Assembly (NCBI GenBank): GCA_004555545.1
Contig: SFHR01000032.1
Span: 16,161-40,160 of the forward strand
DNA: 24,000 nucleotides
Direction of reading: 5' to 3'
DNA from: Dechloromonas aromatica (nom. nud.)
Lineage (GTDB): Bacteria; Pseudomonadota; Gammaproteobacteria; Burkholderiales; Rhodocyclaceae
Shown here: piece after piece, positions 9,840 through 18,659 of the stretch
Numbering within the stretch: position 1 is the first letter of the stretch
Layout of the letters: every line of letters begins with the position of its first letter
The notes under the pieces: model-generated
Told to the model about the DNA's origin: nothing
Database searches by the model: none
What the model saw: the letters and a program-made list of their open reading frames with translations, nothing else
Program-made: the position numbers and the translations under genes

Positions 9840-11186
9840 TTATTTCAATGCTTTATTTCCAATATCGTGGCGGAAATGCATACCATCCCAAGAAATTTTG
9901 CCTACTTCTTCATAAGCAATTTTTTGAGCTATTTTGGTGCTATCACCAAGAGCCGTCACGCATAACACGCGTCCGCCGTTGGTTACAATCTTGCCATCAG
10001 CGTTGATAGCAGTTCCGGCGTGGAAAACATAAGAATTATTTTCTTTAATTTCTTCTTTTTCTGCGTTACTGATATTGATGTTATTTTTAGTAAGAAAAGT
10101 GATCACATCGCCTTTTTTGGGTGTTTGCGGATAATTTTGAGCCGCCAAAACCACTCCTAACGCCACACGACGATCCCATTCTGTATCAATTTGATTCAAA
10201 GTCCCATCAATAGCGTGTTCTATCAAATCAGCAAAATTAGTTTTCAGACGCATCATAATCGGTTGAGTTTCCGGATCGCCCATCCGACAATTAAATTCCA
10301 AAACTTTAATTTTGTTAGTGGCATCTGGATTTTTGCTTATCATCAAACCTGCGTATAAAAAACCGGTAAAAGGAATTCCCTCATCAAGCATACCGCGAAT
10401 AGTTGGATAAATCACATCTCGCATAACTTCGGCGTGAATTTTTGGCGTGATTATCGGAGCTGGTGAATATGCTCCCATTCCGCCGGTATTTGCTCCGGTA
10501 TCGTTATCGCCAACGCGTTTGTGATCTTGTGACGATGCTAATGGAAGAACATTTTTGCCGTCACACATTACGATAAAACTTGCCTCTTCGCCATCCAAGA
10601 ATTCTTCAATTACTACTTTGGCTCCGGCGGCTCCAAAACTTGCGTTATTGAGCATATCATCCACGGCTTGATGTGCTTCTTCCAGTGTTGTTGCTACGAC
10701 TACGCCTTTTCCGGCAGCCAAGCCGTCGGCTTTGATAACAATCGGAGTGCCATTTTGATCTATGTAATCGTGAGCGGCTTGAATATTTGCCGGATCAGAA
10801 TTATCAAAAGTTTGGAATTTTGCCGTTGGGATGTTGTATTTTTGCATAAATTTTTTGGCAAATTCTTTGGAAGATTCCAAACGAGCAGCTGCTTTGGTTG
10901 GCCCAAAAATATGTAAGCCGCGACTTCTGAATTCATCAACAATTCCGGCAGCCAAAGGAGCTTCTGGTCCGACAATAGTAAATTTGATACGATTATTTTT
11001 ATCGGCAGCGAAATCTGCCAATTTTTGGATTTCTGTTTCTTTGATGTCTATATTTTCAGTGTGATATTCAAGATGCGTTCCTGCGTTTCCGGGAGCGACA
11101 AAAACTTTGCCGATAGTTTCGGATTTTGCTAATTTCCAAGCCATAGCGTGTTCGCGTCCGCCGGAACCGATAATCAGAGCGTTCAT
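9840..11186 (-). CDS. purD: phosphoribosylamine-glycine ligase
   Basis: 448-aa ORF. MNALIIGSGGREHAMAWKL, ATP-grasp core KADGLAAGKGV, GDPETQ, and GGRVL near the C-terminus. Confidence 0.92.
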   Translation of the reverse strand: MNALIIGSGGREHAMAWKLAKSETIGKVFVAPGNAGTHLEYHTENIDIKETEIQKLADFAADKNNRIKFTIVGPEAPLAAGIVDEFRSRGLHIFGPTKAAARLESSKEFAKKFMQKYNIPTAKFQTFDNSDPANIQAAHDYIDQNGTPIVIKADGLAAGKGVVVATTLEEAHQAVDDMLNNASFGAAGAKVVIEEFLDGEEASFIVMCDGKNVLPLASSQDHKRVGDNDTGANTGGMGAYSPAPIITPKIHAEVMRDVIYPTIRGMLDEGIPFTGFLYAGLMISKNPDATNKIKVLEFNCRMGDPETQPIMMRLKTNFADLIEHAIDGTLNQIDTEWDRRVALGVVLAAQNYPQTPKKGDVITFLTKNNINISNAEKEEIKENNSYVFHAGTAINADGKIVTNGGRVLCVTALGDSTKIAQKIAYEEVGKISWDGMHFRHDIGNKALK

Positions 11187-11238
11187 AAAAGATTTTTTCC
11201 TTGTAATAATTATTATCTGTGATTGAATTTATAAATAT

Positions 11239-11299
11239 AAAAATTTTTTAAAAATTTTAAAAATTTTAAAAATTTATAAATTTATAAATTTATAAATTA
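11239..11299. repeat. compound tandem repeat: AAAAATTTT (9 bp) x ~4, then ATAAATTT (8 bp) x3
   Basis: Read directly in the purD/valS divergent region. Confidence 0.85.
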
Positions 11300-11365
11300 A
11301 ATAGTGATGTTTAGTTTAAAAATCGTCAAAAATTGTTAGACGAGAAATTTTAAATGAAAATATTT

Positions 11366-11389
11366 CATAAATTCATAAATTCATAAATT
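11366..11389. repeat. 8-bp tandem repeat CATAAATT x3
   Basis: Perfect units at 11366-73, 11374-81 and 11382-89. Confidence 0.85.
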
Positions 11390-11411
11390 ATTAAAAAAAC
11401 TTTTCTAAAAC

Positions 11412-11456
11412 TTTTCCACGAGATTTCCAAAAATTTTTATAGAATTCTCGTGGAAA
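11412..11456. repeat. CCACGAG palindromic element, full copy 8
   Basis: Cores at 11416-11422 and 11447-11453. It lies in a divergent (promoter-side) intergenic region, so it cannot terminate either neighbour. Confidence 0.9.
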
Positions 11457-11474
11457 TTTTTATTTAATCTACAA

Positions 11475-11506
11475 GAAATATAAAGAAATAAAGAAATAAA
11501 GAAATA
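11475..11506. repeat. 8-bp tandem repeat GAAATAAA x ~3.5
   Basis: Read directly, just upstream of the valS start. Confidence 0.8.
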
Positions 11507-13506
11507 CTCAAAATTATTATGTTAGACAAATCTTATAATCCAGACGATATTGAAAAAAAATATTACTCCTTTTGGGAAAATAACGGCTTTTTTGATGCCG
11601 GTAAAGATTTACAAAAAGCCAAAAATCCAGAACAAAATTTCTGCATTATGCTCCCACCGCCAAATGTCACCGGAACGCTTCATATGGGACACGGCTTCAA
11701 TCAAACGCTGATGGATTCGTTAATTCGCTATCACCGTATGAAAGGCGATAACACGCTTTGGCAGCCCGGCACCGATCACGCTGGAATAGCCACGCAAATT
11801 GTGGTGGAACGTCAGTTGGATGCTCAAAAGATATCTCGGCACGACTTGGGACGCGAAAAATTCGTAGAAAAAGTTTGGAAATGGAAAAAACTTTCCGGAG
11901 GCACGATTACTCAACAAATGCGACGTTTAGGCACTTCTCCGGATTGGAAACGCGAACGCTTCACTATGGACGAAGGACTTTCCAAAGCAGTAGTGGAAAC
12001 GTTTGTGCGTTTATACAATGATGGTTTGATTTATCGCGGCAAAAAATTAGTAAATTGGGATCCAAAATTACAAACGGCAGTATCAGATTTAGAAGTCGTG
12101 CAAAATGAAGAAAATGGCAATTTATGGCATATCCGCTATGATTTGGCTGATAACTCCGGAGATTTCTTGATTGTAGCAACCACGCGTCCGGAAACGTTGT
12201 TCGGAGATACCGCCGTGATGGTGCATCCAGACGACGAGCGTTATCAAAAATATATAGGCAAACAAATCAAATTACCGCTGACAAATCGCACCATTCCGAT
12301 TATTGCCGATGCTTATGTAGATAAAGAATTTGGAACCGGATGCGTAAAAGTTACACCGGCTCACGATTTCAATGACTACGAAGTTGGCAAACGCCATAAT
12401 TTGCCATTGATTTCGGTTTTAACTTTGGAAGCTAAAATGTCCGCCGAACCTGAAGCTTGTGTTCCCGAAAATCTACACGGCTTGGATAGATTAGTCGCCA
12501 GAAAAAAAGTAGTCCAAGAATTACAAAATCTCGGCTTGTTAGTCAAAATTGAAGAGCATAAGCATAAAATTCCACGCGGCGACCGGACCGATGAAATCAT
12601 TGAGCCGATGCTTACAAATCAATGGTTTGTGGCTATGTCTAAACCGACGGCAAAAAATGGAATTTCCATAACGCAACGAGCTTTGGACGCCGTCAAAAAC
12701 GGAGAAGTGAAATTTTTCCCCGAGAATTGGGTAAATATTTATAACCAGTGGCTCAATAATATTCAAGATTGGTGTATTTCTCGTCAGCTTTGGTGGGGAC
12801 ACCAAATTCCAGCGTGGTATGGCGAGGGCGATATTTTAGTAGTCGCTCATAACGAAAATGAAGCCAAACAAATCGCCGCCGAAAAATTTAATTATCACGG
12901 CGAATTAGTTCGCGATAATGATGTTTTAGATACTTGGTTTTCGTCGGCTTTATGGACGTTTTCCACTTTGGATTGGACTGGCGATGAAAATTTAGATTTG
13001 CAAAATCCTATGTTACAGCAATATTTGCCGTCTTCGGTGCTGATGACCGGTTTTGATATTATCTTTTTCTGGGTCGCCAGAATGATCATTATGACTTTGT
13101 ATTTAACCGACAAAGTGCCGTTTAAACACGTTTATGTTCACGGTTTGATACGCGATCAAGATGGTCAGAAAATGTCAAAATCAAAAGGCAATGTGATTGA
13201 TCCGATTGATATCATAGACGGAATTGGTTTGGAAAAACTATTGGAAAAGCGGACTTTTGGTTTGATGAATCCAAAGCAAAAAGATGCGATTATCAAAAAA
13301 ACTAAAAAAGATTTTCCAAATGGATTTACCGCAATTGGCACGGACGCTTTACGTTTTACTTTTTTGAGTTTAGCCTCGCCCGGACGCGATATAAAATATG
13401 ATTTTGCACGTGGAGAAGGTTATAGAAGTTTTTGTAATAAACTTTGGAATGCAACGCGTTTTGTGTTAATGAATATTTCTGATGAAGATAAGCAGAAATT
13501 AAACAA

Positions 13507-13552
13507 TTTCCACGAGAATAATCCAAAAATTTTTGAACAAATCTCGTGGAAA
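13507..13552. repeat. CCACGAG palindromic element, full copy 9, in-frame inside valS
   Basis: TTTCCACGAGAATAATCCAAAAATTTTTGAACAAATCTCGTGGAAA (cores 13510-13516 and 13543-13549), translated as [16 protein letters not shown]. Confidence 0.9.
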
Positions 13553-14099
13553 GAACACTGGATTTTGTCGGCTTTACAAAATACGATAGCCGAAATTCAT
13601 AAAAATTTTGCAAATTATCGTTTTGATTATATAGCCAAAACTTTTTATGAATTTGTTTGGAATGAGTTTTGTGATTGGTATGTAGAAATTGCCAAAACCA
13701 CTCTGAACGAGCAGATCAACGAATCCGAAAAATTAAAAGTGCGTTTTGTGTTAGTTTATGTTTTGGAAAATATTTTGCGTTTGGCACATCCTTTGATTCC
13801 GTTTATCAGCGAAGAGTTATGGCAAAATGTAGCCGAAATTATTAACGCCAAAAAAACGCCATCAATTATGTTGGCAAAATTTCCGGATTTTGACGCTACG
13901 CTGGTGGATTCAAACGCCGAGCAACAAATCTCAAATTTGAAAACTTTGGTTTCGGCAAGTCGTAATTTACGCACGGAAATGCAAATTTCTCCGTCCGTAA
14001 AAACTCCATTGGTGATAGAAATTGCCAAAAATAATTCGCAAAAACTCGTGGAAATTCAGGAATTTATGCCATATTTGAAATCGTTATCAAAATTATCTG

Positions 14100-14346
<247 letters not shown>

Positions 14347-14423
14347 ATAAAATAAATACAAATATTTAATACAAATATTTGATATAAATACAAATACAAA
14401 AATACAAAGAAAGGAACAACCAT

Positions 14424-14843
14424 ATGAGTAGCGTTTTCAATGTATTCAATATCTCGTCAAGTGCAATGACTGCTCAATCAATTCGTTTGAATACCGTTGC
14501 TTCTAATTTGGCAAACGTTGATAGTATTATTGACGAAACCGGACAACCTTACCGCTCCAAGCAAGTGGTATTCCAAGCCGTGCCGACAACAACCGATACG
14601 ACAAATGTTTCGCGTGGAGTTCGCGTCAATCAGATTGTGGAATCAGCCGCACCGCCGCGTTTGGTTTATGAGCCAAATAATCCAGCCGCCAACGCCGACG
14701 GTTATGTTGAATATCCAAACGTAAATGTAGTGGAGGAAATGACCAATATGATTTCGTCCTCGCGTTCTTATCAAAGTAATGTGGAAGTTATGAATACGGC
14801 TAAAAACTTGGTCACCAGCACTTTACAAATAGGTCAAGCATAA
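14424..14843 (+). CDS. flgC: flagellar basal-body rod protein FlgC
   Basis: 139 aa. Clear FlgC signature at both ends (SAMTAQSIRLNTVASNLANVDS ... YVEYPNVNVVEEMTNMISSSRSYQSNVEVMNTAK). Confidence 0.88.
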   Translation: MSSVFNVFNISSSAMTAQSIRLNTVASNLANVDSIIDETGQPYRSKQVVFQAVPTTTDTTNVSRGVRVNQIVESAAPPRLVYEPNNPAANADGYVEYPNVNVVEEMTNMISSSRSYQSNVEVMNTAKNLVTSTLQIGQA

Positions 14844-14871
14844 CAATAACAACTTAACTTAACAAAAAATA

Positions 14872-14917
14872 TTTTCCACGAGATTTTCAAAAGATTTTTT
14901 AGATTTCTCGTGGAAAA
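14872..14917. repeat. CCACGAG palindromic element, full copy 10
   Basis: Cores at 14876-14882 and 14907-14913. Lies between flgC and ilvE. Confidence 0.9.
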
Positions 14918-14930
14918 ATAAAGTAAAAAT

Positions 14931-14970
14931 ATCAAAAAATATCAAAAAATATCACAAAATATCAAAAAAT
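14931..14970. repeat. 10-bp tandem repeat ATCAAAAAAT x4 (A-tracts phased at 10 bp)
   Basis: Read directly, 24 nt upstream of the ilvE ATG. Confidence 0.85.
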
Positions 14971-14993
14971 ATAAAAAAAGGAAATATAAATTT

Positions 14994-15947
14994 ATGGCAA
15001 CTGCAACTGCTCCAACAATGGACGACCGCGATGGCGTTATTTGGTTTAACGGAAAATTAGTAAATTGGCGTGATGTCAAAATTCACGTTTTAACTCATTC
15101 TTTGCATTACGGCTCCAGCGTCTTTGAAGGCGTTCGGGCTTATAAAACCGCAGATAATCGCACGGCAATTTTCCGCTTGAATGATCACACCAAACGCTTG
15201 TTAGATTCCGCAAAAATTATCCAAATGCAAATTCCTTATTCTTTTGACGAGCTCAACAAAGCGCAGTTAGACGTAGTCCGCGAAAATAATTTGGTTGATG
15301 GCTGTTATTTGCGTCCGATTGCTTTTTATGGTTCCGAAAAATTAGGCGTATCTCCAAAAAATTCCAAAGTGCATACTGCGATTGCGGCTTGGTCTTGGGG
15401 AGCATATTTGGGCAAAGAAGCGTTAGAGCGTGGAATTCGCGTAAAAATTTCCAGTTTTAGCCGTTTGCACGTAAACGTTACAATGGTCAAAGCCAAAGCA
15501 TCTGGAAATTATCTAAATTCAATTATGGCAAATAATGAAGTCGTAGATCAAGGTTATGATGAAGCGGTTTTGCTTGACACTGACGGTTATGTAGCCGAAG
15601 GTTCGGGCGAAAATATTTTTATCGTTTCTCGTGGAAAATTATTTACGCCGGATTTGGCGTCGTGCTTGGACGGCATTACGCGTCGCTCTATTATAACTAT
15701 TGCCGAAGAAATGGGCTTGGAAGTAATTTGCAAACGGATAACTCGCGATGAAGTTTATACTGCCGATGAAATGTTTTTCTGTGGAACAGCCGCGGAAATC
15801 ACGCCGATTCGCGAAATTGATAACCGCCAAATCGGAGAAGGCAAACGCGGCGAAATCACTGCAAAATTACAACAACGCTTTTTTGATATAGTTTCCGGCA
15901 AGGAAATCAATAACCCACTTTATAAAGATTGGCTGACGTTTATTTAA
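14994..15947 (+). CDS. ilvE: branched-chain amino acid aminotransferase
   Basis: 317-aa ORF. Class IV aminotransferase motifs (HSLHYGSSVFEGVRAY, KAKASGNYLNS, EGSGENIF, GITR, CGTAAEITPI). Confidence 0.9.
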   Translation: MATATAPTMDDRDGVIWFNGKLVNWRDVKIHVLTHSLHYGSSVFEGVRAYKTADNRTAIFRLNDHTKRLLDSAKIIQMQIPYSFDELNKAQLDVVRENNLVDGCYLRPIAFYGSEKLGVSPKNSKVHTAIAAWSWGAYLGKEALERGIRVKISSFSRLHVNVTMVKAKASGNYLNSIMANNEVVDQGYDEAVLLDTDGYVAEGSGENIFIVSRGKLFTPDLASCLDGITRRSIITIAEEMGLEVICKRITRDEVYTADEMFFCGTAAEITPIREIDNRQIGEGKRGEITAKLQQRFFDIVSGKEINNPLYKDWLTFI

Positions 15948-15948
15948 A

Positions 15949-15988
15949 CAAATAAGCAAATAAGCAAATAAGCAAATAAGCAAATAAA
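15949..15988. repeat. 8-bp tandem repeat CAAATAAG x5
   Basis: Read directly; starts 2 nt after the ilvE stop. Confidence 0.85.
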
Positions 15989-15991
15989 AGA

Positions 15992-16055
15992 AAAACCGCT
16001 AAGACAATAATTTTTATATAAATAATTTTTATATAATTAAGTCATTAGCGGTTTT
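15992..16055 (+). terminator. long hairpin (14-bp stem with one bulge), whose loop holds a 16-bp tandem duplication
   Basis: AAAACCGCTAAGAC (15992-16005) pairs with GTCATTAGCGGTTTT (16041-16055). The loop is AATAATTTTTATATAA x2. A T-rich tail follows after 6 nt. Confidence 0.4.
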
Positions 16056-16071
16056 GATGTATTTTTTAAGA

Positions 16072-16132
16072 GACAACAACTAATCTATTAAGACGAATAA
16101 TCCCAAATTGCCGTTGGGATTATTTTGTTGTC
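16072..16132 (+). terminator. nested hairpin, possibly an intrinsic terminator or small structured RNA
   Basis: Inner stem AATAATCCCAA (16096-16106) / TTGGGATTATT (16114-16124) with loop ATTGCCG. Outer stem GACAACAA (16072-16079) / TTGTTGTC (16125-16132). Confidence 0.4.
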
Positions 16133-16165
16133 CAAAAAGCGAAATGCGATTATACAAAAATAAAA

Positions 16166-16210
16166 TTTCCACGAGAAATCTCAAAAATTTTTTGAAAAAT
16201 CTCGTGGAAA
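16166..16210. repeat. CCACGAG palindromic element, full copy 11
   Basis: Cores at 16169-16175 and 16201-16207. In the convergent gap between ilvE and the Lys-rich protein gene. Confidence 0.9.
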
Positions 16211-16236
16211 TTTTATTTTTTATGATTTTTTATTGT

Positions 16237-16920
16237 TTATTTTTTATCCTTTTCTTTCTCCTTTTTCTCGCGTTTTTTGGGAACTTTTGGCGGAGCTTTC
16301 GGAAGAATTCTGCCATCTAATTCTGCGGTGATTTTTTCGGATTTTGCCCGTAATGCTTGTTCTTCTTTTTCGGCTCGTCGTGCGGCACGTTCGGCTTTTT
16401 TAGCTTCTTTGGCACGTTTTACTTCTTCGGTCTGAATCTTGAATCTGCCGGTTGGAACCAAATTTTGTAATTGCTCCACCAGCGATAAAACTTTGGGAAC
16501 AATTATATCTTTTTGGTCACGATAATAAATATAACGCTGATTTACTGAATCATCATAATTACGCGTCCGCGTTGGTTTTTCAGGCGATTTAATATTCGTA
16601 TTTTCAGCTTTATTTTCATTGCTTTTTTCTGCAATTTCATCATCATTTTTGACGATTTCGGCATCACTTTTTTTGGCTTTTGGTTTTTTGCTTTCTTTGC
16701 TTTCTTTGTTTTCTTTTACATCTTTTGATTTTTCCACGAGATTTTTACTCTTTTTTTTAGGAGTTGTAGAATTTTTCAAAGATGCGAAAACTTTTTCAGT
16801 GACTTCTTCATCGGTCAAATTTTGATTTTGATTTTGATTTTGATTTTGATTCTGATTTTCATCACTTGACAACTCAAATGATAAAGATAAATGCGAGGAA
16901 GTTTTTTTTATTTTTGGCAT
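16237..16920 (-). CDS. hypothetical Lys/Glu-rich low-complexity protein with an (NQ)6 repeat
   Basis: 227-aa ORF, no signal peptide. (NQ)n, KESKESK, a charged helical segment (EEVKRAKEAKKAERAARRAEKEEQALRAK) and a basic tail. No family recognised. Confidence 0.5.
   Translation of the reverse strand: MPKIKKTSSHLSLSFELSSDENQNQNQNQNQNQNLTDEEVTEKVFASLKNSTTPKKKSKNLVEKSKDVKENKESKESKKPKAKKSDAEIVKNDDEIAEKSNENKAENTNIKSPEKPTRTRNYDDSVNQRYIYYRDQKDIIVPKVLSLVEQLQNLVPTGRFKIQTEEVKRAKEAKKAERAARRAEKEEQALRAKSEKITAELDGRILPKAPPKVPKKREKKEKEKDKK
16819..16860. repeat. 6-bp tandem repeat ATTTTG x7 (coding, gives NQNQNQ...)
   Basis: Read directly inside the 16237-16920 ORF. Confidence 0.9.
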
Positions 16921-16952
16921 ATACGGAAAATCCTTTGTTTTAAATATTTTGA

Positions 16953-16992
16953 AAATTTTTAAATTTTTAAATTTTTAAATTTTTAAATTTTT
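16953..16992. repeat. 8-bp tandem repeat AAATTTTT x5
   Basis: Perfect units from 16953 to 16992, upstream of the Lys-rich protein gene and downstream of the kinase gene. Confidence 0.9.
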
Positions 16993-17007
16993 GTTTTAGC
17001 TATTATT

Positions 17008-18477
17008 TTACTCCTGCAAATTTATCGGCAAAATAACCGTGAATTTTGTGCCTTTGCCAACTTCGGATTCAACCAAAATATCGCCGCCGTGATGTTGAAT
17101 AATTTCATAAGACAACGATAAACCCAAGCCTGTGCCTTTGCCAACCGCTTTGGTGGTATAAAACGGCTCAAAAACGTGTTTGATAACATTTGGCGGCATT
17201 CCTTTGCCGTTATCGCTGATGCTAACTTCCACTTGATTTGGATTGCTTTCCGAAAGTTTGGTTTCCAAAATTATTTTGCCCGGCGTAGTTTCTATGGCTT
17301 GACAAGCATTAACCAAAATATTCATAAAAACTTGGCTCAATTTTGCCGGTACGCATCTGATGCGTGGCAAACTTTGATCGTAACGACGTTCTAACTCGGC
17401 TTTATATTTTATCTCGTGCCAAACAACATTGACCGTACCGTCCAAAATTTGATTGAGATCGCTATCTTCCCACTCGCCTTTATCAACGTGCAAAAATACT
17501 TTCATATCTTGAACTATACGTTTAACACGATTTAAGCCATCGGTCGATTCGTTTAGCAAATCTAAAATATCGTCTTTCAAAAAATCATAATCAATATCTT
17601 CTTTGAAAGCCCGTACAATTTCTTTGAAAGTTTCTGAATTTGTATTGCCGATGTTGTCTTCATAAAGCTTGATAAAATTCAACAAATGTTCAACATATTG
17701 TTTAAGCGTTCCCAAGTTAGAATTGACAAAACCAACTGGATTATTGATTTCGTGAGCCACTCCGGCGGCAAGTTGCCCAATTGCCGACATTTTTTCAGAT
17801 TGCATCAAGCGTTTTCTGGTGCTATCAACTTCTGACAATGCTTCGGAAAGTTCTTTGGTGCGTTCTTCCACGCGTTTTTCCAAATTTGCGTTCAAATCGG
17901 ATAATTCCGCTTGAGCTTTGAGTAATTGAGCATTGCGTCTAGCCATTTGATTATAAAGTTCTTCCATTGCTTTTAATAAAGCGTGAGAAGCCAAATTTTT
18001 ATCTTCACAACTAATATGGCGTGGTTTATTTTCAAATTCAGCGAAAAAATTTGCCATTTCTTGATCAGATCCAAGAATATGAAAAGATAGCCAAACCGTG
18101 ATGTAATGGGCTAATTCTTCCAAAATGGAATTTTTATTTTTGCCAGAATCATTTGTATATTCTTCTCGCATAGAAGCAACATATTTCATAAAGTAATTAT
18201 GCTGCCGAAAATGTTGGCGTAAATGTTCGGCATAAAGTTTGTTGGTTTCTTGTTTATTTTTATACAGCAGCATAATTTTTTCTTCGTCGGAGAAATGCAC
18301 TTGGGCGTATTCTTCAAGTTTGTCTAATAACAAAAATAATTCTTTTTCGGTGATTTGCTGTTTATTTACCAATACTCCGATCAAAGCGTTAAGCAAATTT
18401 ACTAATTGCTGATGTTCTTTATCAACAATATCAATGCCGGTGTTGTAATAATTATCCCATTGAAAAGCTTTCAACAT
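17008..18477 (-). CDS. cytoplasmic sensor histidine kinase with an N-terminal hemerythrin-like domain
   Basis: 489 aa, no TM segment. Hemerythrin ligand motifs are present (DKEH, HFSDE = HxxxE, HLRQH = HxxxH, HILGSD = HxxxxD). Then a coiled coil, H-box GVAHEINNP, and N/G1/G2 boxes (NILVNA, DNGKGM, GTGLGL). Confidence 0.85.
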   Translation of the reverse strand: MLKAFQWDNYYNTGIDIVDKEHQQLVNLLNALIGVLVNKQQITEKELFLLLDKLEEYAQVHFSDEEKIMLLYKNKQETNKLYAEHLRQHFRQHNYFMKYVASMREEYTNDSGKNKNSILEELAHYITVWLSFHILGSDQEMANFFAEFENKPRHISCEDKNLASHALLKAMEELYNQMARRNAQLLKAQAELSDLNANLEKRVEERTKELSEALSEVDSTRKRLMQSEKMSAIGQLAAGVAHEINNPVGFVNSNLGTLKQYVEHLLNFIKLYEDNIGNTNSETFKEIVRAFKEDIDYDFLKDDILDLLNESTDGLNRVKRIVQDMKVFLHVDKGEWEDSDLNQILDGTVNVVWHEIKYKAELERRYDQSLPRIRCVPAKLSQVFMNILVNACQAIETTPGKIILETKLSESNPNQVEVSISDNGKGMPPNVIKHVFEPFYTTKAVGKGTGLGLSLSYEIIQHHGGDILVESEVGKGTKFTVILPINLQE

Positions 18478-18498
18478 AATAAGTCACATTTCTTTTGC

Positions 18499-18553
18499 TT
18501 TATTTTTATTTTTATTTTTATTTTTATTTTTATTTTTATTTTTATTTTTATTT
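18499..18553. repeat. 6-bp tandem repeat TTTTTA x9
   Basis: An A every 6 nt from 18502 to 18550, in the kinase/hflX divergent region. Confidence 0.9.
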
Positions 18554-18618
18554 AATTTTTGGTTTTAATTTTGTTTTGCTCTTTAAATTATATTTTTTAT
18601 GCTTATAAAAAATTTTTA

Positions 18619-18636
18619 AAATCTCGCGGAAAATAT
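18619..18636. repeat. CCACGAG element, degenerate half copy (right arm, CTCGCGG)
   Basis: AAAATCTCGCGGAAAAT (core 18623-18629), with one mismatch in the core and no left arm upstream. Confidence 0.55.
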
Positions 18637-18659
18637 TTTTTTTGTAGTTTTATATTTTT

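Noticed and set aside
11720-14028. Antisense and out-of-frame ORFs within valS, and similar ones within holA, miaA, proB, obg, ispG, purD, ilvE, the kinase gene and hflX
   Set aside because: They are shadow ORFs fully nested in strongly conserved genes. Their translations are low-complexity or not protein-like, and they have no start context.
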